Origin: a virus
Length of the DNA: 43,028 nt
UHGV virus genome: UHGV-1854010
Direction: 5' to 3' (one strand)
Positions within the stretch are counted from its first letter, which is position 1, and each line of letters opens with the position of its first letter. The translations under genes and the position numbers were made by a program. Of the stretch, positions 1-9,066 are shown in pieces. The notes below the pieces were generated by a model, which saw only the letters and a list, made by a program, of their open reading frames with translations, did no database searches and had not been told where the DNA came from.

Positions 1-3000
1 CCCGGAAAGCCGGGAGCTGATGGAAAGACCCCGTATTTACATATCGCCTATGCAAACAGTGCTGATGGAAAGACAGGATTTTCCACCACGGATGGTACAA
101 ATAAGCTCTATATCGGGCAGTATACAGATTATACACAGGCAGATAGTACAGATGCTACGAAGTATACATGGACAAAAATAAAAGGCGAACAGGGGGAACG
201 TGGGCTACAAGGATTGCAAGGAGAAAAAGGAGAACAGGGGATTCCTGGAACAGCTGGTGCGAATGGAAAGACCAGTTATTTCCACATCAAGTATTCTTCT
301 GTGGCAAAGCCGACAACGTTCAGTCAGATGACAGAGACGCCGTCTGCTTATATTGGAACTTATGTGGACTTTGTACAGGAAGATTCTACAGATCCTGCAA
401 GATATACCTGGTCGCAGTTTAAAGGATCGCAAGGCGTAAAAGGAGATCAGGGAATTGCTGGTAAGAATGGTGCAGATGGGAAAACAAGTTATTTACATAT
501 CGCCTATGCAAACAGTGCTGATGGAAAGACAGGGTTTGATGTTTCGAACAGCACTGGGAAGTTTTATATTGGACAGTATACAGATTTTACGCAAGAGGAT
601 TCTACAGACCCGACGAAATACGCATGGACAAAAATAAAAGGCGAACAGGGGGAACAAGGTCCGCAGGGAGTTCCCGGTCTGCAAGGAGTGCAAGGTCCCA
701 AAGGTGAACAAGGGATACAGGGTCCCAAAGGAGATACTGGAGCTGCAGGTGTAAACTACTGGAGATCATCAGCAACGATAGACTTATCTGATACTAAAAC
801 TTACGATGTAAATAAATGGTATCCCGTTGTGGGGAGTCAGCTTCCAACGAGTGTTTATAATCGTATTTTGGTTAATGTGTCTTTAAATAGTGGAACAAAA
901 CCATCCTGGAGTACACATGTTAGCGGATTCTCGGTGAATTTAGATCTGGCTTCCATTGGATCTGGGTGGGGAACTACTTCTGGCGAATGTATTATTTATG
1001 CAGACACGTATTCATTCTGTTCAGTGTCGCCTGCCAGCTATACACAACTGACTTATGGATCAATCCCTGTATTATATTTAAGAGGTGGCGGTAAATATTT
1101 TGTAAAGACTGATTTTGTGGTCAACTGGACGCCTAAGCCAACAGGATATACATGGCAGAATGGAAATTATAAGCAGACAGCACCTGTCTTAGATAGCAGA
1201 CCTGTACCAAGCGGAACCAATATTAAAGGGAAGAGCACCTATTTTCACATCAAGTATTCCGCAGTATCGAATCCAACCACCTCTAACCAGATGACAGAGA
1301 TACCTAACACATATATTGGTACTTACGTAGACTTCACACGGGAAGATAGCACGGATCCAAAGAAATATACCTGGTCACGTTTCCAAGGAGCCCAGGGTCC
1401 CCAGGGAACGCAGGGAATTCCGGGAACAAACGGCACAAACGGCAAGACAAGTTATCTGCACATTAAATATTCCAATGATGGAGGAAAAACGTTTACCGGA
1501 AACAGCGGAGAAGATGTGGGAACGCATATCGGTACTTGTGTGGATTACAATCAGTCCGATCCTGCAAGTGTTGGATCTTATAAGTGGGCGAAGATTAAAG
1601 GAGAACAAGGTGCTACAGGACCACAAGGAGCAACGGGACCACAAGGGCCGGCGGGGACATCAGGAAGAGGGATAAAAACCATTACAGAATATTATTTGAT
1701 TTCTTCCGCAAAAACAGGAATTACAACAGCGTCAAGCGGTTGGAGTACATCAGTTCCGACGATGACAGCAACAAATAAATACTTGTGGAACTATGAAAAA
1801 TTTACGTTTACAGATAATACCACAGCGACCACTACGCCAAAAATAATCGGGATATACGGAGACAAAGGAACAACAGGAGCTACTGGTCCGCAAGGACCTC
1901 AAGGAAATGCAGGTGCAACAGGTCCCCAGGGGCCACAAGGAGCGACAGGCCCGAAAGGACCGCAAGGGGCAACTGGCGCAACGGGGCCGCAAGGAGCAAC
2001 TGGAAACGGAATAAAGTCTATCACGAATTATTATCTTGCAACGGCAAGCGGAAGCGGTGTGTCGGCGTCCACATCAGGATGGACTACAACTGTACAAGCA
2101 ATAACGGCGTCAAAAAAATATCTGTGGAATTATGAAGTTGTTACCTATACAAATGGCAGCACGTATCAATCAGCACCATGTATCATCGGAGCATATGGTG
2201 ATAAGGGAGCGACCGGTGCTACAGGAGCAACAGGACCAAGTGGCATAATTGTATCTTCTACGGCTCCATCAAATCCTAAAGTTGGCCAGTTATGGCAAAC
2301 GGCATCCGGTCAGCCGATCAAGCGGTGGGATGGAAGTAGGTGGGTGATCCATTATATCGCAGTCGAGAATCTGGACGTGCAAACGCTCAGTGCGATCGTT
2401 GCCAACCTTGGAACTGTAACAGCCGGACTTATTAAGAGTAAGGGTGGACACTTTTACATAAATGTAGACACCGGAGAGATCGTGTCTAAAAGCAGTGACG
2501 GTACAATTTCCGTTTTTGTAAAAAAAGAGAATATTGACATGGTAAGATCGTTTACAGCGGCTAGGTACTGGGGGAGTCGATTAAACTACTCTGGATTAGA
2601 ATTTTATTCCGGCGGCAGTAGCATGGCAGATGATATCGCGAATGGATCTATGGTATGCTCTATTCGCGGAGATGAGGAGATGCGTGACTTTTCGGTGACA
2701 AACATAAATGGAGATAGCATATGGCTTATTAGGACAATTAAGCAGCTTACAAAATCTATCTCTTACGATTCCGGTACCGTGAAAGGTCCATATACAAGTG
2801 CAAACTCGGCAAATAACATCCGTGTGGAATTAAAAAGAAGAGGATGTCTGGTTGCATGCAAAATCACAATGCTTTCCCAGTTTCCAAGCAGCGGAAGACA
2901 CGGGGCATTCGATGAAGTGAGAATCCCAGACGGGTATCGCCCGGTGTTTGATGTTTATGCGCCGTATATCGAAGTGTCCGGATCGTCAGTGTTTGGCGCT

Positions 3001-3102
3001 GGACGGTATATAATTGGCAGTGATGGGGGAATTACAATTTTCGTTGAGAACCCGAATTGGACAGAGCGACTTTTGTCGATCACTTGGGTTACGGACGACT
3101 AA
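1..3102 (+). CDS. Tail fibre / tail-associated (Tal) protein, C-terminal 1034 codons; 5' partial in this window and continuous in-frame with 41262..43028. Collagen-like Gly-X-Y tracts are interleaved with repeated modules
   Basis: Frame 1 is open from nt 1 with no start codon. There are multiple (GXY)n tracts ([38 protein letters not shown] and others). A ~60-aa module (K-T-S-Y-[LF]-H-I-[AK]-Y ... Y-I-G-[QT]-Y-[TV]-D-F-T-[QR]-E-D-S-T-D-P-x-K-Y-[AT]-W) occurs at least 5 times, and a ~120-aa module (IK[TS]IT[EN]YYL ... KYLWNYE ... YGDKG) twice. The same module is found at the window end. Confidence 0.8.
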   Translation, partial: PGKPGADGKTPYLHIAYANSADGKTGFSTTDGTNKLYIGQYTDYTQADSTDATKYTWTKIKGEQGERGLQGLQGEKGEQGIPGTAGANGKTSYFHIKYSSVAKPTTFSQMTETPSAYIGTYVDFVQEDSTDPARYTWSQFKGSQGVKGDQGIAGKNGADGKTSYLHIAYANSADGKTGFDVSNSTGKFYIGQYTDFTQEDSTDPTKYAWTKIKGEQGEQGPQGVPGLQGVQGPKGEQGIQGPKGDTGAAGVNYWRSSATIDLSDTKTYDVNKWYPVVGSQLPTSVYNRILVNVSLNSGTKPSWSTHVSGFSVNLDLASIGSGWGTTSGECIIYADTYSFCSVSPASYTQLTYGSIPVLYLRGGGKYFVKTDFVVNWTPKPTGYTWQNGNYKQTAPVLDSRPVPSGTNIKGKSTYFHIKYSAVSNPTTSNQMTEIPNTYIGTYVDFTREDSTDPKKYTWSRFQGAQGPQGTQGIPGTNGTNGKTSYLHIKYSNDGGKTFTGNSGEDVGTHIGTCVDYNQSDPASVGSYKWAKIKGEQGATGPQGATGPQGPAGTSGRGIKTITEYYLISSAKTGITTASSGWSTSVPTMTATNKYLWNYEKFTFTDNTTATTTPKIIGIYGDKGTTGATGPQGPQGNAGATGPQGPQGATGPKGPQGATGATGPQGATGNGIKSITNYYLATASGSGVSASTSGWTTTVQAITASKKYLWNYEVVTYTNGSTYQSAPCIIGAYGDKGATGATGATGPSGIIVSSTAPSNPKVGQLWQTASGQPIKRWDGSRWVIHYIAVENLDVQTLSAIVANLGTVTAGLIKSKGGHFYINVDTGEIVSKSSDGTISVFVKKENIDMVRSFTAARYWGSRLNYSGLEFYSGGSSMADDIANGSMVCSIRGDEEMRDFSVTNINGDSIWLIRTIKQLTKSISYDSGTVKGPYTSANSANNIRVELKRRGCLVACKITMLSQFPSSGRHGAFDEVRIPDGYRPVFDVYAPYIEVSGSSVFGAGRYIIGSDGGITIFVENPNWTERLLSITWVTDD

Positions 3103-3125
3103 GGAGATTATATGGAGATTAGGGC

Positions 3126-3149
3126 AAGACCGTGTTGGTCTTATTTTTA
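3126..3149 (+). terminator. Putative intrinsic terminator after the tail-fibre gene (AAGACC-gtgtt-GGTCTT + ATTTTTAT)
   Basis: A 6-bp stem/loop is followed by a T-run immediately downstream of the stop codon at 3102. Confidence 0.45.
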
Positions 3150-3178
3150 TACTTAAAACCAGAAAGGAAAGTGAGGAT

Positions 3179-3631
3179 ATGAAGAAAATGGAACAGTTGG
3201 CAAATGTAAAAGCGTTTTTATGCATGGTGTTTGGAGCCATTGTTGGAGGATTTGTAAATCTGATTGGAGGATGGTCCGAGGATTTGACTACATTACTTAT
3301 TTTTATGGGAGCAGACTTTGTTCTCGGACTTCTGATCGCTGCCTTTTGGAAAAAGAGCAACAAATCAGAGAACGGGGCACTGAGCAGCTACTCTGCATGG
3401 AAAGGTCTGTGCAGAAAAGGGGTATCCCTACTGATCGTACTTATTGCATATCGGCTGGATGTCACTCTCGGCGTAGACTACATCCGCACAGCCGTAGTAC
3501 TGGCATTTATAGCAAATGAGGGTATCTCGATTTTGGAAAATGTTGGAATTATGGGTGTGAAATATCCGGAAGCGTTAAAAAAAGCACTGGATGTTTTAAC
3601 AAATAAATCACGGGAGCAGGAGGGCGAGTAA
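3179..3631 (+). CDS. Holin, phage_holin_4_1 (TcdE/LL-H-like) family; possible dual start MKKM
   Basis: RBS aggaaagtgagg lies upstream of ATG 3179. The protein has the LIGGWSEDL..GADFVLGLLIAAF TM helices and the conserved C-terminal IANEGISILEN motif typical of this holin family. The longer ORF from 3014 lacks an RBS and was rejected. Confidence 0.85.
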   Translation: MKKMEQLANVKAFLCMVFGAIVGGFVNLIGGWSEDLTTLLIFMGADFVLGLLIAAFWKKSNKSENGALSSYSAWKGLCRKGVSLLIVLIAYRLDVTLGVDYIRTAVVLAFIANEGISILENVGIMGVKYPEALKKALDVLTNKSREQEGE

Positions 3632-3677
3632 TCGTCCTCTTTTATTGTGCGTCATCGCACGGGAAGGAGAGAAAAAC

Positions 3678-4652
3678 ATGAGTATTTGTCGTGGAGTAGC
3701 AGGAAACAGAGGAAGAAATCCGGTAGGAATTTTTTTCCACAATGACGCTGGAAGCAAGAACGCCAATGCAGAATTTTATAGAAATTGGTTACAGACACAT
3801 CCTCTGGAAAACGGATTTGCGCACTATTATGTAGCGCAGGATGGAATCTTGCAGGCAGAGGATGACTGGAATTGCGCTTGGCACTGCGGAGACACAAACG
3901 GGAACTTAAATTATCTCGGCATCGAAACGTGTCAGAGTATGGGTGATCTGGATGTATTTAAAGCAAATGAGGAAAAAGCATTGCAGCTGGCAGCACAGAA
4001 GTGCAAGCAATATGGAATCACACCAAGTACAAGCACGATAAGGCTACATCAGGAAGTGTATGCTACATCTTGCCCTCACAGATCTGTGGAGATTCACGGT
4101 GGCAGGGAAGCTACAAAATCCTACTTTATTAAACGGATTAAGGAGTACATGGGTGGTAATGTCACGCCGCCAACTTATGTATCTGGAGGACAGGCGCAGG
4201 CTCAAGCTGCACAGAGACAGCCGGAAGTAGTATTTACTTACGCCGTCAAACTGGAGGACGGACGCATCTTGCCGTTCGTGCGGAATCTTACAGACTTTGC
4301 CGGGATTCAGGGCAAGCGCATCACGGATGTAGCTATTAAGGTAGACAAAGGCTCCGTAAAATACAGAGTCCACGTGATCGGAAGAGGGTGGCTACCTTAT
4401 GTGACAGGATGCAACTGGAAAGATCACAATAATGGTTATGCCGGTACAGGACAGCCAATTGACGCAATCGAGGTGTACTACAATACTCCAGCAGATTATG
4501 CGGCAAAATACGGCTACCAGAAAGCCCAGTACCGTGTCAGCCCTGTAAATGGAGCTTACTGGTCATGGCAGTATGATAACGAGACTGGAAACGGACAGGA
4601 CGGATATGCTGGAGCGTTCGGACAGGCAATCGATCGGTTCCAGTTGTTCTAA
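3678..4652 (+). CDS. Endolysin: N-acetylmuramoyl-L-alanine amidase (Amidase_2/PGRP fold) with a C-terminal repeated cell-wall-binding region
   Basis: RBS gggaaggagag lies upstream. The N-terminus GIFFHNDAGS...AHYYVAQDG...AWHCGD...NYLGIETCQS is the amidase_2 signature. The C-terminus has two related segments (YRVHVIGRGWLPYVTG... / YRVSPVNGAYWSWQYD...) that look like wall-binding repeats. It directly follows the holin, giving a classic lysis cassette. Confidence 0.85.
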   Translation: MSICRGVAGNRGRNPVGIFFHNDAGSKNANAEFYRNWLQTHPLENGFAHYYVAQDGILQAEDDWNCAWHCGDTNGNLNYLGIETCQSMGDLDVFKANEEKALQLAAQKCKQYGITPSTSTIRLHQEVYATSCPHRSVEIHGGREATKSYFIKRIKEYMGGNVTPPTYVSGGQAQAQAAQRQPEVVFTYAVKLEDGRILPFVRNLTDFAGIQGKRITDVAIKVDKGSVKYRVHVIGRGWLPYVTGCNWKDHNNGYAGTGQPIDAIEVYYNTPADYAAKYGYQKAQYRVSPVNGAYWSWQYDNETGNGQDGYAGAFGQAIDRFQLF

Positions 4653-4659
4653 TAAAAAC

Positions 4660-4686
4660 CCCCTCGGAGATCAGCTCTCTGAGGGG
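4660..4686. terminator. Bidirectional intrinsic terminator between the convergent endolysin (+) and integrase (-) genes
   Basis: An 11-bp stem CCCCTCGGAGA/TCTCTGAGGGG (one G.T pair) with a 5-nt loop. It is flanked by an A-run on the 5' side (a U-run for the minus strand) and a weaker T-rich tract on the 3' side. Confidence 0.6.
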
Positions 4687-4732
4687 TGAATATTGTATCA
4701 TTTTCGTGTATATTTATAATATGTAAAAATAT

Positions 4733-4776
4733 TATAGGTTATTGCTATTTGGTGGCCCTGATTGCAGTAACCTATA
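4733..4776. repeat. Imperfect inverted repeat TATAGGTTATTGC-N18-GCAGTAACCTATA; candidate attP core for the adjacent serine integrase
   Basis: Two 13-bp arms with 12/13 symmetry around an 18-bp spacer, in non-coding DNA 30 bp from the 3' end of the integrase gene. Serine-integrase attP sites are about 40-50 bp imperfect palindromes placed next to int. Confidence 0.3.
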
Positions 4777-4807
4777 ACATATCCGTAAACCCTTATAAAC
4801 AGAGGGC

Positions 4808-6226
4808 TCACGAGATATAAAGGTGGAAGATCAGTTTGCCGTTTTTCTTGTCATAAACGATATCTTCCACCAAACTTCTCATAAAAATGCCTTTGGTACC
4901 ATAGTCGATCGCATCATTTTTAATCACATCATATACAGTTTGCACGTTCTTGAGCACGTCAGATTTTGTTTTCGTATCTTCATTATTCTTATTGAGATTT
5001 TCCAGTTGCATCAAAATATCTTCCCTGTCTTTTTGCAGACGCTCTTTGTTCCGTTTATATTCTTCCAAAGTATCTACTTCATTCTCATAAGCGAGACGGA
5101 TCCGTTTCTCCCTGTTGGAAATTTTATCAAGTTCAGACAGGAGCGATTCACGTTCTGATATCTTCGCACCGGTCTCAGCAGAGTGGTAGGAGTATTCAAA
5201 ATCCATACCGGAAAGAAGTTTTTCAAAATACTCTTCCAGTGCAGCGATCACTTTTTTCTCTGATATCGAACAGGATTCGGTATGTATTCCTTTACTGTAC
5301 TTATAACACTGGAAACCAGGTGAGTGCCTGTTTGCACCATTGTAGGCGAGAGAGGCCCCGCAGTATCCACATTTTAAAATCCCTGATAACCAATGTTTAC
5401 ATGAGGATACATCACGGCGTTTCAGTGGCTTGTATGTAGTCTGTATCTTTTTCATGCGGGCTTCGAAGCGTTCTTTTGAGTAATGGACTTCATGCGTTCC
5501 CATGAATGTTATTCCATTCCACGCGACAAGACCATAATAGAATGGATTTTTCAAGATTCTTTCTACGCTACGGGATTCGAAAGGGTTCCCTCGTCTTGTG
5601 CGGACTCCCATATCGTTTAGCTTTCTTGTTATCTTTGTGGTATCTGAGTTGCGGTAATCAAATTCATCACAGATAAAGTCTACAATCTTCATTTCGTCTT
5701 GATCAATTTTATAAGGATCTCCGTTTCCAACAGCACGATACCCAAAAGGTGGGGACATCTGGTATCCTTTTTTTGTAGCCTTTTCTTTCATCCCTCTTAG
5801 GACTTCGCCAGAAAGCCGGATAGAGTAGTATTCATCCATCCATTCAATGATTCTCTCGATTAAAGAGCCGAATGGACCATCTATCAAAGGTTCTGACACA
5901 CTCACAACATCAACGTTGCTTTGCTTCCGCAGCAGGGATTTGTATACGATAGATTCTTCTTGATTTCTTGCGAATCTGCTGAATTTCCAAACCAGAATCA
6001 CATCAACCGGATGATCGGATGATTTTGCAAGCCCGATCATTTTCTGGAATTCTGGACGCTTGTCAGCTTTTCTACCGGATATTCCGATCTCAAAGAAAAC
6101 CTTCAAAATGATAATATTGTTTTTGGCAGCATATTCCCGTAATAGTTTCTCTTGCGAATCCGGAGAAAGTTCTTCTTGCTTATCAGTGGATACACGGACG
6201 TAACCATAGGCATATCTTGCGCTCAT
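4808..6226 (-). CDS. Large serine recombinase (phage integrase): resolvase catalytic domain, recombinase domain and zinc-ribbon
   Basis: The N-terminus YGYVRVSTDKQ contains the catalytic serine motif, and the protein is 472 aa. The Cys-rich segment CKHWLSGILKCGYCG...C..C is the zinc-ribbon, and a C-terminal coiled coil follows. RBS aggagatgatctaaaATG. It sits at the lysogeny-module boundary. Confidence 0.9.
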   Translation of the reverse strand: MSARYAYGYVRVSTDKQEELSPDSQEKLLREYAAKNNIIILKVFFEIGISGRKADKRPEFQKMIGLAKSSDHPVDVILVWKFSRFARNQEESIVYKSLLRKQSNVDVVSVSEPLIDGPFGSLIERIIEWMDEYYSIRLSGEVLRGMKEKATKKGYQMSPPFGYRAVGNGDPYKIDQDEMKIVDFICDEFDYRNSDTTKITRKLNDMGVRTRRGNPFESRSVERILKNPFYYGLVAWNGITFMGTHEVHYSKERFEARMKKIQTTYKPLKRRDVSSCKHWLSGILKCGYCGASLAYNGANRHSPGFQCYKYSKGIHTESCSISEKKVIAALEEYFEKLLSGMDFEYSYHSAETGAKISERESLLSELDKISNREKRIRLAYENEVDTLEEYKRNKERLQKDREDILMQLENLNKNNEDTKTKSDVLKNVQTVYDVIKNDAIDYGTKGIFMRSLVEDIVYDKKNGKLIFHLYIS

Positions 6227-6370
6227 TTTAGATCATCTCCTCATTTAATTTATGTAAAAATAGGTACAAAAATAACAGCCAGCACATGAACAAATGTTCC
6301 GCTTGCAAGCTGTTTCCGAAGATGATACAATATTCTTGGATTTTGATCGCATATCTTCGGATATGTATTG

Positions 6371-6410
6371 CCGTCCCGGTGTTGGTAGCAGTGGGACGGT
6401 TTTTTGTTTT
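6371..6410 (+). terminator. Intrinsic terminator hairpin CCGTCCC-N15-GGGACGG followed by TTTTTTGTTTT (plus-strand orientation; A-tract on the other side)
   Basis: Seen directly in the sequence between the int start and the DUF4041 gene stop (6412). The strongest U-tract is on the plus strand, although both neighbouring genes are on the minus strand. Confidence 0.5.
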
Positions 6411-6411
6411 A

Positions 6412-7917
6412 TTATTCATCGTCACTATCATCCTCAATCTCGAAATCAGAAGTGTATAGAGAATCACTTGATTGAGATTGACGGAATTCTTCTGCTATCA
6501 TGGTTTTATTAAATTCTGCTGTGGGTTCGATTTCTGTTACTAAGTTCTCTAATTCATCAATAGTCGTGTAGAAGAATTCTTTTCTCATATTAACTTTATT
6601 TACACGTTTTTCATTTAAAATATTATGTAACTTGCTTTCAAGTCCAACTGCATCATTTGAGAAGATAAAGCTATGCACATCAAACTTAAATGGTACAGAA
6701 GCGTCCCCGAGTTCATTCACCCTATCTTGTGGATTTAACCTTCTTGTCATACCTATCTTAAATACATTTTCACCAAAAGAACCAAGGTTGCTAATGATAT
6801 ATACATTCCCAGCTTTTCCGTTTGCAAGGTTTGAAATTTCTTCTTTTTTAACTACAACTTCGGAGAGTTGTGTTTGGAGTTCTAGTATACGTGCATTTAA
6901 TTTATCCAGTTCATCCATTTTTGCATTGGACATCTGCTCTCTAAGTTTTTCAATTTCTGCCTGATATTTGGTTTCTTCTTTTTCTATTTTTTTACGTTCC
7001 GATTCAAGTGCTTTTCGTTCTTCAGCTTCTTGACGCATTTGTTCCCTAAGGGCTAATTGTTCTTGCCGTGCCTGCTCTTTTTTCACGTAATAATTGTATT
7101 CAATTTTTACGGCGTTAATAAATAGATACTCTATTTCACCGATGAATTTAGTAAGGGTTCCTGCTATACTTTGGTTCCCATCACCGGCAATCTTTAGATA
7201 TTTCTGAGTGACAGTTTTAACATCATCTATAGATTTATCCAATTTCTCAAATTTTAAATTGTATAAAATATTTTGCAATTCTGCTCTTAATGCTATTACC
7301 ATGAGCTTGTAAATAGCCTGATTCGCCTTTGTCGTATAGCGAGCAGCATACTTTTCTAAAACGGAGTTAATTTGTTTATCGTTCAGTCTATAAGCTTTAC
7401 GTAAATCCTTAACATCCATACAGTGCAATTTTAGAATAACAGATGGGCTTATCTCTTCTAATTCTTCTAAGTCATAATTTTGTAGTTTTATATCATTCTG
7501 CTCAGGAGAATAGTTAAAAAAGTTCTCAAAAGTATAGTTTATAGCCTTCACCAACTCTTTAGAACGATTAAGTTTATTGGTTTGAGTTTTTATATTCTTG
7601 AGTATTTTAGCTTCATCTGTACGCAGCTCAGTTAAATGCTCTAAAACTTCTTGACTTTTATCGGTTCTTTCAATAATCAGCCTGTCTAAATCAGCTTGTT
7701 TTTGAACATATTTGTCCTCCAGTTGTTTTTCTTTTACCTCATAATTGCTTTTCAGTGAATTCGTCTTAGCTTTGATTTCGTAGTATTCATAAGCCCCCAT
7801 TTCTTGTAGCTTACTTTGCGCTTCTGATAATTCAGATTGCATTTGCTGTTTTTCTTGTTGCAAATGCACTATTTCATCTTTAAATCTTTTGATTCTAAAA
7901 ATATCAGTAAATCCCAT
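6412..7917 (-). CDS. DUF4041 (long coiled-coil) + C-terminal T5orf172/MUG113 (GIY-YIG-like) domain protein; lysogeny-module cargo and candidate defence or superinfection-exclusion gene
   Basis: The C-terminus GNVYIISNLGSFGENVFKIGMTRRLNPQDRVNELGDASVPFKFDVHSFIFSNDAVGLESKLH...RKEFF matches the T5orf172 signature. The N-terminal ~380 aa is heptad-rich coiled coil (DUF4041 architecture). Strong RBS aagagggaaaATG. The gene lies between integrase and ImmA/repressor. Confidence 0.8.
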   Translation of the reverse strand: MGFTDIFRIKRFKDEIVHLQQEKQQMQSELSEAQSKLQEMGAYEYYEIKAKTNSLKSNYEVKEKQLEDKYVQKQADLDRLIIERTDKSQEVLEHLTELRTDEAKILKNIKTQTNKLNRSKELVKAINYTFENFFNYSPEQNDIKLQNYDLEELEEISPSVILKLHCMDVKDLRKAYRLNDKQINSVLEKYAARYTTKANQAIYKLMVIALRAELQNILYNLKFEKLDKSIDDVKTVTQKYLKIAGDGNQSIAGTLTKFIGEIEYLFINAVKIEYNYYVKKEQARQEQLALREQMRQEAEERKALESERKKIEKEETKYQAEIEKLREQMSNAKMDELDKLNARILELQTQLSEVVVKKEEISNLANGKAGNVYIISNLGSFGENVFKIGMTRRLNPQDRVNELGDASVPFKFDVHSFIFSNDAVGLESKLHNILNEKRVNKVNMRKEFFYTTIDELENLVTEIEPTAEFNKTMIAEEFRQSQSSDSLYTSDFEIEDDSDDE

Positions 7918-7974
7918 TTTCCCTCTTTTCTCCTGTACCTTTACACCACTTTACTCTATATAAACGCTGTAGCG

Positions 7975-7983
7975 ATTATATCA
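7975..7983 (-). promoter_or_regulatory. Extended -10 (TGaTATAAT on minus strand) overlapping the ImmA stop codon; putative own promoter for the DUF4041/T5orf172 gene
   Basis: Plus-strand ATTATATCA is the reverse complement of TGATATAAT, located about 50 bp upstream of the 6412..7917 start codon. Confidence 0.3.
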
Positions 7984-8437
7984 TTTCCATAACTGCTAAA
8001 TTAGGAATAAAATAAATAACATAATTATCTACAGTAATATACTCACCGTATTTTCCTTTGTAGCAGTCAATAGCTTCTTGCAAATATTCTTCTGTGACAT
8101 GCAGATGTTCTGCAACTTCATATCTATTCTGGCAACCAGCATTAAAAGCTGATATGATGCCTCGCAATCCGATCATCCGGTTATACCCGTGCAACCTTCC
8201 TTTTTGTTCTTGCTTCATATTTTCAATATCTTGTAGATCAAAGATATCACCGACAGCAGTATGGTGATGTCCGATTTCTTCAGCTAAGACGCAAGCCTTT
8301 TCTGCGGATGTTTTCAACCTGTTTGATATTGCAATTCTATTTTTATAGATCAATCCGTTACTACCGGAAAGAGTCTTTTCGCGGACAATCAGTCCGCTAC
8401 TATTAGCCTCTTCCAAAAGTTCTTCATAAATCGTCAT
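7976..8437 (-). CDS. ImmA/IrrE-family zinc metallopeptidase (partner protease of the XRE repressor)
   Basis: HEXXH motif in AEEIGHHHTAVGD. Size, and position immediately downstream of an XRE repressor, match the ImmR/ImmA arrangement. Start chosen at MTIYEEL (8437) because of RBS GGGAG plus an 8-nt spacing; the alternative start at 8461 would overlap the repressor by 20 nt. Confidence 0.75.
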   Translation of the reverse strand: MTIYEELLEEANSSGLIVREKTLSGSNGLIYKNRIAISNRLKTSAEKACVLAEEIGHHHTAVGDIFDLQDIENMKQEQKGRLHGYNRMIGLRGIISAFNAGCQNRYEVAEHLHVTEEYLQEAIDCYKGKYGEYITVDNYVIYFIPNLAVMEMI

Positions 8438-8441
8438 TGTA

Positions 8442-9011
8442 TCACTCCCATTCAGAGTCATCCATCATGATGTCTTTATCGTGTTTTCTCATTTCATCTG
8501 TTACTTTAATGTCAGTTCGTTCATGAGCTGCTAATACTTCTAAATGATTGTTGGATTCTATAAAATTCGGATTTCCAAGTAATATTTCAGAATAATTCAA
8601 AAGACTTTTCTTTCCATTATTATTTAGCTTTCTCATGTTCTCTAAAAGCTTATATTCTAATCTGTTTTTCCTGAACATACTTTGATCGTAAGCTTTCTTG
8701 AATTCCTCAACATTATTAAACGAAAGGTTATCAGGGCCAATCGCATCTTTAAATTCGTAGTCGTTACGTCCCATCGGTACGTCAAATCCCATCAACCATG
8801 ACTCGCTTACGTTTAATGCTTTTCCTAAAACGAACAGTTTTTCTTGATTAGGTTCATTTTTTCCAGAACAGTATTGACTTATATCTGATTTGTTCATTTT
8901 TATCCCATATTGTTCACAGTATGGTGCAGTTAATTTCAGAACGTCTACTTGTCTAAGACCCTTTGTCTCCATAATCTTTTTTAGCCTAGTAGAAGTGCTT
9001 TCTTTCTTCAT
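8442..9011 (-). CDS. XRE-family HTH transcriptional repressor (CI-like/ImmR-like prophage repressor)
   Basis: The N-terminus LKKIMETKGLRQVDVLKLT...SQYCSGKNEPNQEKLFVLGKALNVSESWLMG is an HTH_XRE domain. The gene is divergent from the cro-like gene across an operator-rich intergenic region. There is no S24 peptidase domain, consistent with ImmA-mediated inactivation. Confidence 0.85.
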   Translation of the reverse strand: MKKESTSTRLKKIMETKGLRQVDVLKLTAPYCEQYGIKMNKSDISQYCSGKNEPNQEKLFVLGKALNVSESWLMGFDVPMGRNDYEFKDAIGPDNLSFNNVEEFKKAYDQSMFRKNRLEYKLLENMRKLNNNGKKSLLNYSEILLGNPNFIESNNHLEVLAAHERTDIKVTDEMRKHDKDIMMDDSEWE

Positions 9012-9037
9012 ATAAATGTACCGCCTTTCTGATTATA

Positions 9038-9066
9038 AATATACCATACACTAAACAAAAGTTCAA
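9038..9066 (-). promoter_or_regulatory. Repressor promoter (minus strand): -35 TTGAAC, 17-bp spacer, -10 TATATT; the -35 coincides with a GTTCAA operator half-site
   Basis: The reverse complement of 9038..9066 reads TTGAAC-N17-TATATT, with a downstream RBS aaaggcgg and start codon at 9011. Confidence 0.5.

Noticed and set aside
168-711. Small ORFs on both strands (168..422, 205..432, 455..637, 493..711) inside the tail-fibre gene
   Set aside because: Fully nested in a long, clearly coding frame with collagen repeats. They are out-of-frame artefacts.
3014-3178. Upstream extension of the holin ORF to 3014
   Set aside because: It would overlap the tail-fibre gene 3' end and lacks an RBS. ATG 3179 has a good RBS and gives a canonical holin N-terminus.
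4823-5439. Plus-strand ORFs antisense to the serine integrase
   Set aside because: Nested antisense frames with no RBS and no recognisable domains.
6294-6512. 72-aa plus-strand ORF spanning the int/DUF4041 intergenic region
   Set aside because: No RBS. It reads through the terminator hairpin and into the DUF4041 gene 3' end, and has low-complexity composition.
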